Of a DNA stretch of 64,000 nucleotides, positions 56,725-64,000 are shown one piece after another. Numbering within the stretch: position 1 is the stretch's first letter; every line of letters begins with the position of its first letter. Where the stretch lies: positions 79,138 through 143,137 of the forward strand of contig JBIIPZ010000002.1 of the NCBI GenBank assembly GCA_044342325.1, read 5' to 3'. Source of the DNA: Terrimicrobiaceae bacterium. GTDB taxonomy: Bacteria; Verrucomicrobiota; Verrucomicrobiia; Chthoniobacterales; Terrimicrobiaceae. Made by a program: the position numbers and the translations under genes. The notes beneath the pieces were generated by a model. That model had not been told where the DNA came from. It did not search any database and was given only the letters and a program-made list of their open reading frames with translations.

Positions 56725-57597
56725 ATGCAAACTGAGAATAATTCAGAAACCCAGGTGCGCACCTGCTATGCGGGTGCGTCCTTTGCCTTGTTGACCAAGC
56801 ACGCCAAGGAACGCGAAATCGCCCCGCGTTTCCAGCAGGCGCTCGGTGCGTCGGTGACGCTGGTCGATTCCTTCGACACCGACACGCTCGGCTCTTTCAC
56901 CCGCGATGTGCCGCGATTTGGCAGTCAACTCGATGCCGCTCGCAGGAAGGCCGAACTGGCCATCGAACTCTCCGGCATCCCTCGTGGCCTTGGCAGTGAG
57001 GGATCATTTGCTCCCGGCCCCTTTGGGTTGGTGTCTTTCAATCTGGAGGTGCTTACCCTCATCGACAGGCAGCGTGGTTTGGAAATCACCGGCGCAGTCC
57101 GCCTGCCGGGACATCACTCCTCGGGAAGTTTCGACGATTGGGACAAACTCACCGCGTTTGCCGAAGACATGAAATTCCCCTCGCACGCCGTGGTGCTGCG
57201 GCCAAACGACGAGTATGATTTACGCATCCAAAAAGACATCGCCGATTCGGATGCGTTGCGCGCTGCCTTCCAAAAATGCGTGTCACTCTCGGAGCGAGGA
57301 ATTGTTTTTGTCGAAAGCGACCTCCGCGCGCACCGGAATCCATCACGCATGCAAAACATCGGCGCCGCATGCGATGACCTGCTCTCCCGCATGCTCTGCG
57401 CCTGCCCCGCATGTGCCGCGCCGGGATTCGGCCTCGCCCGCTACGAAATCGGCCTGCCCTGCGCCTGGTGCGGCGAGCCAACCAACGATTGGAAAGCTCA
57501 GGAATTCCGCTGCGTGATTTGCCCGCACCTCGAATCCCGTCCACGCACAGATCTCAAAACCGCCGATCCCGCGCATTGCCCGTTCTGCAATCCCTGA
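56725..57597 (+). CDS. DUF6671-like protein with C-terminal Cys clusters
   Basis: TKHAKE..IAP, DTD.LGSFT.DV.R, SEGSF.P, ESDLRAH.NP.RM; CPAC, CAWC, CVIC, CPFCNP. Confidence 0.7.
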   Translation: MQTENNSETQVRTCYAGASFALLTKHAKEREIAPRFQQALGASVTLVDSFDTDTLGSFTRDVPRFGSQLDAARRKAELAIELSGIPRGLGSEGSFAPGPFGLVSFNLEVLTLIDRQRGLEITGAVRLPGHHSSGSFDDWDKLTAFAEDMKFPSHAVVLRPNDEYDLRIQKDIADSDALRAAFQKCVSLSERGIVFVESDLRAHRNPSRMQNIGAACDDLLSRMLCACPACAAPGFGLARYEIGLPCAWCGEPTNDWKAQEFRCVICPHLESRPRTDLKTADPAHCPFCNP

Positions 57598-57710
57598 AGG
57601 GCGGTCGCCTCAACTTGAAAGGGCAGAGGCGTGGGCGCTGGCAATTCTTCGAAATGATTCCGAGATTTGTGCGGTTAGATCATTGCGACTAAGAGTTTAA
57701 TTCGCTCGTG

Positions 57711-57809
57711 TGAATAGATTTGTTTATCTATTCAGATGTTTAATATATTACTTATAAAAGCATTGTATGAATGCTTGGTTTCAAATGAATAGATTTTGCA
57801 GACTATTCA
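57711..57809. repeat. AT-rich array of palindromes (two related 24-bp sites flanking a 19-bp site)
   Basis: TGAATAGAT-N6-ATCTATTCA (57711-34); AAGCATT-N5-AATGCTT (57758-76); TGAATAG-N10-CTATTCA (57786-809). Confidence 0.7.
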
Positions 57810-57899
57810 AGTTTGTAAAAATCGATTTCAAAGTGACAAGTCGCGGGATCGACTCTTTTACGAATTGCTCCAATAGGCAAAGAGATGGCAACTTCGCCC

Positions 57900-57935
57900 T
57901 TGCAAAAACACCCGTTTTCCCATAAATATGGGAAA
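57900..57935 (+). promoter_or_regulatory. TA promoter with palindromic operator
   Basis: TTGCAA at 57900; perfect IR TTTCCCATA-AA-TATGGGAAA at 57916-57935 reaching the start codon. Confidence 0.65.
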
Positions 57936-58174
57936 TGAAAACAACGATCGAGCTTCCTGACGAACTTTTCCAACAAGCCAAGGTCATGGCGGCCGAGCGT
58001 AGCACCACACTCAAGGACATCATGGTTCAGGCGTTGAAACTTTGGTTTCGCTCCCCAGCGGAAGACGAGGAAAAGAACCGCCAAGCCACTGTGAAGCGTT
58101 TGCTCGAAGCGATGCGGGCTTCCAACACGGAACCCATGATCCCTCTCAAGCGTGAGGAAATTTATGACCGCTGA
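57935..58174 (+). CDS. VapB-like antitoxin (RHH type)
   Basis: MKTTIELPDEL...AK..A; C-terminal REEIYDR; overlaps the PIN gene. Confidence 0.8.
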   Translation: MKTTIELPDELFQQAKVMAAERSTTLKDIMVQALKLWFRSPAEDEEKNRQATVKRLLEAMRASNTEPMIPLKREEIYDR

Positions 58175-58580
58175 GATCTTCCTGGACGCGAATGTGCTGC
58201 TCTACGCCAGTTCCAACGCGACGGCGGACAAAACCAAGCGAGAGCGAGCCCAAGCGTTGATGATCGCGGCGCCATTTGCGTTGTCCGCCCAGGTCTTGCA
58301 GGAATACATCGCCAACGCGCTGAGGAAGAAACAACTGAGGATCAGCGAATCAAACATCCACGCCATGCTGGAACTCGCCGCGACGGCGACAGTCCTGCCC
58401 GTCTCCCTCGAGTTGATTCTCGCCTCCGTGCAAATCCGTCGCAGGTTTCAAGTCTCGCACTGGGACGCCACGATTATTGCAGCCGCTTTGGAACTGGGGT
58501 GCACCACACTTTATTCCGAAGACCTGAACCACGGCCAGAATTACGACGGAGTCCGAGTAATGAATCCATTTCTGGGCTGA
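58164..58580 (+). CDS. vapC: PIN-domain (VapC-like) toxin
   Basis: FLDANVLLYA, QVLQE, WDATIIAAA, LYSEDL, NPF. Confidence 0.9.
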   Translation: MTAEIFLDANVLLYASSNATADKTKRERAQALMIAAPFALSAQVLQEYIANALRKKQLRISESNIHAMLELAATATVLPVSLELILASVQIRRRFQVSHWDATIIAAALELGCTTLYSEDLNHGQNYDGVRVMNPFLG

Positions 58581-58687
58581 AAGCCGATAAAATGCGGCAT
58601 AATCTCCAGGGCGGTTCCACCACATCGCCTGTGGCGCAAGCCTCTCACGGAGATACCAAGACACGGAGAAAAATTCTCGGCCGGAAC

Positions 58688-58705
58688 GCCGACGTCCTCG
58701 TCGGC
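58688..58705. repeat. REP-like hairpin
   Basis: GCCGACG-TCCT-CGTCGGC, perfect 7-bp stem. Confidence 0.5.
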
Positions 58706-58873
58706 ATCAGCACCTCAGAGCGATGACACTGTGGCAACTCCGCCAAACCCAGCGCGTCAAAATGCGAGGCAATTTTTTGTGTTTGATGGATTTAAACGCG
58801 TGCTTAGTGTGATTAAATGTCAATAATTTATGCCTGACCCCTCTGACAGTGCGTAAAAATGCGTGGCCAATTC

Positions 58874-61800
58874 TTAAACCTCCCCACCTACGCCTTTGAA
58901 CTTTTCAACAAAAGCGGCGATTTTCTGGAAAACGCTTTGCTTCATAGTGAGATACTTGGGATTTAGTGGGCTCATCTTGGGCAGGATGCTGTTGAGTTCG
59001 GTGCCGTTCTCGCTGACGTATTCCCGCTTCAGCGAGGTGAGGAGATAGCGCTTGGCAGCATCTTCATTGAGGCTTTCTGTCTGGATGAGCGTTTCGGCTT
59101 CGCGCTTTTGCTCCGCTTGGGCGTAGGCAAAGAAGGCTTCAATGATGCTCGCTTTGTCCCGGAACAGATCAAGATCAGCTTGGTTGATAAAATCGACCAC
59201 CAGACTCTCCTTGGCGCGGTTGCCCAGGCTAGCACGGATCACTCGGCGCACATCTTCGATCAAGGCACTCTTGTCTTTGACCTTCTGGTTCTTTTCAAAA
59301 ATCAGCTCCAGGATGAAATCCAAGTTGATCTCTTGCGATTTGAGCAGGTCGATTTCAAATACCACATCATCCCAATCCACCTTGGACTCCTGCTTTTCCT
59401 TGGCACTTTTCTCGCGGCGAAGCCAATCGCGGATGTCGTTGTAGGTGGAGCGGTAATCCTGAACATTGCGCTCCGGTAGAATATCCGTCGCTTTGAGGTT
59501 ATCGAGATCCTCGTCGCTCAGATAGCGCTGCGCCTTGAACGCTTCGACGGCCTCTGGATCATTGGGATCCACATTTTGCAGGGCTTTCAGGCTGACGAAT
59601 TCATCAAAATTCTGGAGCGCGTTTTCAATCTTCAGGTATTCCCCAAAGAGTTTGGTGAATGCCTTTTTATCGGCCTCTTTCTCGATGGCTGCCGGATCGG
59701 GGAAACGATCTTTTAGCTCCGCGACGACCTCGACAAAACCTCGCCTCGCTTCACCAGTGGCCACTTCGATGAAGCCTTCCATGTATTCCTTGTAGCTCTT
59801 CTCCAGGACAACATTCTTGGTATTGGCATCCCCAAACAAAGTGATCGCATCGATGGTCGCCTGCTCCAGATCGCGGAAGGTGATGATGTTTCCGAAGGTC
59901 TTCGTCGCATCAAAGATGCGGTTGGTGCGGGAGTAAGCTTGGATTAAACCGTGATAACGAAGGTTTTTATCGACAAACAAGGTGTTGAGCGTCGGCGCAT
60001 CGAAGCCGGTGAGAAACATCCCGACCACGAGCAGCAAGTCCACTTCCTGCCGCTTTACCCGCTGCGCTAGATCCCGGTAGTAGTTTTGGAAGCCATTGCT
60101 ATCGACGCCGAAGTTGGTTTTGAAAAAGGCGTTGTAGTCGGCAATAGCTGCGCTCAGGAATTCTTTCGCGCTGCTGTTCATCGCAGAAACCTCGAAGCTT
60201 TCGTCAGCGATCGTGCCGATGGCTTCCTGCTCCTCATTGGCGGCGAAGGAAAAAATCGTCGCCACCTTGATCGGCTTCTCGCTGTCTTTTTGGAGCGTTT
60301 TGAATGTCTCGTAGTATTGTTTCGCCGCATCCACACTGCTGACGGCGAACATCGCGTTGAAGCCCTTGCCGCCTGCTTGCAGGCGGTGAGTCTTTTGGCG
60401 GTAGTTGTTGAGGATGTATTGGCTGATCTCTTTAATGCGATCCGGGTGCAGTAAGGCTTGTCGGTTCTCGGCGGCGTTGAGCTTGTCGGTGTCCTGTTCG
60501 CTTTCGACGGCCTTGAAACGCGGGCGCACATCGTTGTAGTCCACCTTGAACTTCAGCACCTTCTCATCGCGGATGGCATCGGTGATGACATAGGAGTGCA
60601 ACTCGCGGCCGAACACGCTGGCGGTGGTCTCCGCCCCGCTGGCGTTTTCCGGGAAAATGGGCGTGCCAGTGAAACCGAACTGGTAGAACCGCTTGAACTT
60701 CTTTTGCAGATTGGCCTGGGCTTCGCCGAACTGGCTGCGGTGGCACTCATCAAAGATGAACACCACCTGCTGGCCGTAAACCGGGAGCGAAGCCTCGGTC
60801 TTCATCAGGTTGTTGAGCTTCTGGATGGTGGTGACGATGATCTTGTTGTCGTCTTTCTGAAGGTTGCGCTTGAGGGCAGCGGTGCTGTCCGAGCCGTTCA
60901 CGCTGTCTGGCGAGAAGCGCTGGTATTCCTTCATGGTCTGGTAATCCAGATCCTTGCGATCCACGACGAAAAATACTTTGTCGATGAAGTCCAGTTCCGT
61001 GGCCAAGCGTGCCGCTTTGAAGCTGGTCAGCGTCTTGCCGGAGCCGGTAGTGTGCCAGACATAGCCACCGCTCTCCGGCTTGCCCCAGTTTTTCGATTCA
61101 TACGAGCTGACGACCTTTTGCAGGATACGCTCAGTCGCGGCGATCTGGTAGGGACGCATCACCAGCAGGGTATCGCTCACATCAAAGACCGAATAGTGGA
61201 GCACTACCTTGAGCAGGGTGCGCTTCTCGAAAAAGGTCGCGGTGAAGTCCTTCAAATCCTTGATCAAGAAATTGTCCTTCGTTGCCCAGTGCATCGTGAA
61301 GTCGAAGCTGTTCTTATTGCGCTGGGTGGTATTGGCGAAGTAGCGGGTGTCCGTGCCGTTGGTGATGACGAACAATTGCAGGAATTTGAACAACGAATTC
61401 TCGCTATTGAAGCTCTCCTTACTGTAGCGGTGAACCTGGTTGAAGGCCTCCCGAATCGCGACGCCGCGCTTTTTCAGCTCCACTTGCACGAGCGGCAGGC
61501 CGTTGACGAGGATGGTCACATCGTAGCGATTGGCCTGGCTGCCGCTTTGCTCAAACTGCCGGATGACTTGGCAGGTGTTGCGCAGCACGTTCTTCTTATC
61601 CAGCAGGTAGATGTTCTGGATGTGCCCGTCATCGAAGACGAAGTCGTGGATGTAGTCATCGTGGATCTTGCGGGTCTTTTCCAGGATGTGGTCGCTCGGG
61701 CGGTCGAGGTAGGTTTCGACAAAACGCACCCATTCGGATTCGGTGAACTGGACGTTGTTCAGGGTTTGGAGCTGGGTGCGGGCGTTGGCGAGGAGTTTTG

Positions 61801-61972
61801 CAGGAGTGTTCAGCTCACGCTCGAAGGTGTAGCCCAGGTTTTCCAGATCTCGAATCAGCTCCCGCTCCAAGGCGTCTTCGCTCTGGTAGGACTCCATGAG
61901 CTTCCAGTCCTTGTCGTATCGATCGAGGACGATGAAGCGGTTCGTTTCCGCGATGGTTTTGGTTTCGATCAT
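58874..61972 (-). CDS. hsdR: Type I restriction endonuclease subunit R (EcoR124/EcoprrI-like)
   Basis: [19 protein letters not shown] nuclease motif, [32 protein letters not shown]. Confidence 0.95.
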   Translation of the reverse strand: MIETKTIAETNRFIVLDRYDKDWKLMESYQSEDALERELIRDLENLGYTFERELNTPAKLLANARTQLQTLNNVQFTESEWVRFVETYLDRPSDHILEKTRKIHDDYIHDFVFDDGHIQNIYLLDKKNVLRNTCQVIRQFEQSGSQANRYDVTILVNGLPLVQVELKKRGVAIREAFNQVHRYSKESFNSENSLFKFLQLFVITNGTDTRYFANTTQRNKNSFDFTMHWATKDNFLIKDLKDFTATFFEKRTLLKVVLHYSVFDVSDTLLVMRPYQIAATERILQKVVSSYESKNWGKPESGGYVWHTTGSGKTLTSFKAARLATELDFIDKVFFVVDRKDLDYQTMKEYQRFSPDSVNGSDSTAALKRNLQKDDNKIIVTTIQKLNNLMKTEASLPVYGQQVVFIFDECHRSQFGEAQANLQKKFKRFYQFGFTGTPIFPENASGAETTASVFGRELHSYVITDAIRDEKVLKFKVDYNDVRPRFKAVESEQDTDKLNAAENRQALLHPDRIKEISQYILNNYRQKTHRLQAGGKGFNAMFAVSSVDAAKQYYETFKTLQKDSEKPIKVATIFSFAANEEQEAIGTIADESFEVSAMNSSAKEFLSAAIADYNAFFKTNFGVDSNGFQNYYRDLAQRVKRQEVDLLLVVGMFLTGFDAPTLNTLFVDKNLRYHGLIQAYSRTNRIFDATKTFGNIITFRDLEQATIDAITLFGDANTKNVVLEKSYKEYMEGFIEVATGEARRGFVEVVAELKDRFPDPAAIEKEADKKAFTKLFGEYLKIENALQNFDEFVSLKALQNVDPNDPEAVEAFKAQRYLSDEDLDNLKATDILPERNVQDYRSTYNDIRDWLRREKSAKEKQESKVDWDDVVFEIDLLKSQEINLDFILELIFEKNQKVKDKSALIEDVRRVIRASLGNRAKESLVVDFINQADLDLFRDKASIIEAFFAYAQAEQKREAETLIQTESLNEDAAKRYLLTSLKREYVSENGTELNSILPKMSPLNPKYLTMKQSVFQKIAAFVEKFKGVGGEV

Positions 61973-63144
61973 ATTACACCTTCCGGTGCTTGCGGCTGTT
62001 GGGTTTCCGCCGCATTCATAAAGGTGTGGCCACTGCTAATGAAATGCTCGTAGATGAGTTTGAGCATGTTCTTGATTTCTTGGGGGACAGGCTCGATTTC
62101 GTCTCCCGCGTGTTTCGAATGCACTCCATAGTTTGCCAATCTTTCAGCATATGGATCAGTCGTGCCATCGGGGGTTTGTGGCAGAAGCTCCTCCCAACTT
62201 TCATAACCTAAAAAAGTCGATGTCTTCTCCAGGATGTTTCGCATGAATCCAAAATGATACTTTCTTACACTTCCGGTCTCTATAGCCGTTCGGACTTCAC
62301 CAAGGAGAAACAGATGATAGGAAAATGGAGCATCGGAAATTTGATCACTTAACACGAACCTGCCATCAATTGTCTTCTCTAATAAATGCTTTGAATGCGT
62401 TTTCTTTTTCCAATTGCTAGAAAAGCCACGCCTAAATTCATTTGCTAGCACGTTGAAGTATAGAGGACTGTGCGTAGAAATTATAAATTTTAAAGCGGAG
62501 CTATCGCTTTTAATAAGTCGGGCTAAGTCCACAGCCGACTGGATGAGATGATTTTCATCCAATGAACTGACTGGGTCGTCAATGAATACATACTCAAGAT
62601 GCGCAAACTGACCCGAGGACGCGCTCTCTGGCTCACTCAAGGTTGAAACGATCTGATCAATCACGCTATAGAAAATACTCCAAATGAAATTACTTTCTTC
62701 GCCTTTAGATATCTTGATATTATGTAAAGTTTGTTGATCTCCACTCTCCATGGAAAAACGCACCTCTTTAAAGAGGGGATCAAACAGAGGGGTTAGCTTG
62801 CTATTCGTGTAGCGTTGAAAGTGTTTTGTCGCGTTGATTTCTTGCCCTTGATCCTTGAGGGCCCACTCGGTGTAGCTATTCGGCTGAATTATTAGTTTGC
62901 GTTCGGTGTCACCGTGAAGGTCGTTATCCCAGTAGAACAAATCTTCCGTGAAAGCGTTGTAGTAAAGAATCTTTGATTTGTGTTCCTCATCGGTCTCTGC
63001 GTCTTGATCAGGTTTTGGGGATACCAGGTCCTTGAACTCACGGGATAGCCGCGTCTTGCCATTTCCATTGAAGGCGTAAATCAACTGCACCTTCTTGTTC
63101 GCATCTCGCAACTGCTCGGCGATTTGTCTCAGTGTGTGACTCAT
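61969..63144 (-). CDS. prrC: PrrC-like anticodon nuclease (ABC ATPase + HEPN)
   Basis: [68 protein letters not shown]; located between hsdS and hsdR. Confidence 0.9.
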   Translation of the reverse strand: MSHTLRQIAEQLRDANKKVQLIYAFNGNGKTRLSREFKDLVSPKPDQDAETDEEHKSKILYYNAFTEDLFYWDNDLHGDTERKLIIQPNSYTEWALKDQGQEINATKHFQRYTNSKLTPLFDPLFKEVRFSMESGDQQTLHNIKISKGEESNFIWSIFYSVIDQIVSTLSEPESASSGQFAHLEYVFIDDPVSSLDENHLIQSAVDLARLIKSDSSALKFIISTHSPLYFNVLANEFRRGFSSNWKKKTHSKHLLEKTIDGRFVLSDQISDAPFSYHLFLLGEVRTAIETGSVRKYHFGFMRNILEKTSTFLGYESWEELLPQTPDGTTDPYAERLANYGVHSKHAGDEIEPVPQEIKNMLKLIYEHFISSGHTFMNAAETQQPQAPEGVI

Positions 63145-63145
63145 T

Positions 63146-63935
63146 TTATGCCACTACTTCGGGTTTGAGGAAGTTCAGCAGCAGATCGCGGTAATACGCG
63201 TATTGCTTCTGCCGCAGCTCGATTTCGCGAGGCAAGCCTTCGCTGATGGAGTGGGTGAGGGTGTCGAACTTGTCGAGGATGGCGACGATGCGGGCTTGCT
63301 CGGAGAGGGGTGGGATGGGGATTTGTAGCTCTTTTAGGTTTCCTGCGTTTAGCGCCGGAATCCCATCAAAGGTGCAAAGCGCTTGAATTTCCCGCTGCAT
63401 ATGATGCAGCAGGTGGAATAAAAATCTGATGTGAAGATTTGTGTCGGCTTTGATGCTTACAGAATAGTTCAAGTTCCCGCGGAAATATCTCCCTTCCTGC
63501 CAGGTGACTGAACCGACACCTGCTCCTCGGGATGTAATTCCGATCGGATCGTTATCCGTATTCCATTGATCAATGTAACCAAGCGGCTCTCGCCCGCTGT
63601 TTATCACGGGGTAAGGCCCTGGACTCGCGGCAATCAAATCTTTGTTCACAAGAGCGCCAGTTTTGATCTTTACGACCTCCCCCAATGTCTTCTGCTCCAC
63701 CTTCCCATCCTCAAAACTGAGCAATTGGTTGCGGTAGTGGTTGTATTGTTTTTTCCGGTTGGTCAGCTCGGTGGTCAGCTCGGTGGTCAGCTCGGTGAAC
63801 GCGTCCAGAATGCGGACGATTTCTTTTTGGACTATCGGGGGAGGGATGGGGATTTGCAGAGTTTTTAGAGCTCCAGCGTTAAGGGCGGGAATCCCCTGAT
63901 GAGTGGCGAGCGCCTGAATTTCGGGGGAGTGTAAA
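63146..63935 (-). CDS. hsdS: Type IC specificity subunit, 3' portion (5' part missing or interrupted)
   Basis: IPIPP..Q..IV.ILD.F twice, TELT repeats, EGLPREIELRQKQY.YYRD.LL; similarity appears to stop near 63935. Confidence 0.88.
63761..63796 (-). repeat. Three perfect 12-bp tandem repeats (TELT x3) in the hsdS spacer helix
   Basis: GGTCAGCTCGGT at 63761, 63773 and 63785. Confidence 0.95.
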
Positions 63936-64000
63936 GATTCGTCTGTAAAAGTCCGCACGAGGCATTGGACAGCCGCACTGGCAACCGATGGAGCGTAGCG
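63936..64000. mobile_element. Possible end of an IS/MITE inserted in hsdS
   Basis: GATTCGTCTGTAAAAGTCC resembles an IS terminal repeat; the in-frame translation beyond it (RYAPSVASAAVQCLVRTFTDES) does not resemble a TRD. Confidence 0.4.

Noticed and set aside
57711..57809. CRISPR mini-array
   Set aside because: Only two imperfect palindromic copies, an AT-rich spacer and no cas genes

Overview
A GC-rich bacterial chromosomal segment. Gene content suggests Verrucomicrobiota (inference; no taxonomic marker was searched). About 60 CDS are supported. Housekeeping genes include glnD, metG, thiD, an rlmI-type methyltransferase, rpmH-rnpA-yidD-yidC-jag-yhbY, hisBHA, rnr, addAB-like genes and sppA. 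I saw no rRNA, tRNA or CRISPR array. Accessory blocks are an XRE/ImmA-IrrE pair, a SWIM+SNF2 pair, an Rpn nuclease, an HTH-sbtA-DUF6671-like module, and a right-end defence region (vapBC-like TA; type IC RM hsdS-prrC-hsdR with a PrrC anticodon nuclease). The best candidate for an undescribed system is two paralogous TonB-less motor operons, [beta-domain+TPR]-ExbB-ExbD-ExbD-[effector]. One ends in an AsmA-like protein and has a Zn-ribbon on ExbB; the other ends in a His-TM/Pro-linker/vWA protein. A distant OmpA-domain protein carries a TonB-like SxxxH anchor. Other leads: an Mpv17-like membrane protein coupled to a PfkB pseudokinase (GAGH), downstream of a HAD gene with a switch-like 5' leader; rnpA starting inside an extended rpmH; a candidate nested Rpn antitoxin; an hsdS apparently interrupted at the window edge; and C/G skew that flips at gene junctions. 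All family assignments come from motif recognition by eye, not database searches.
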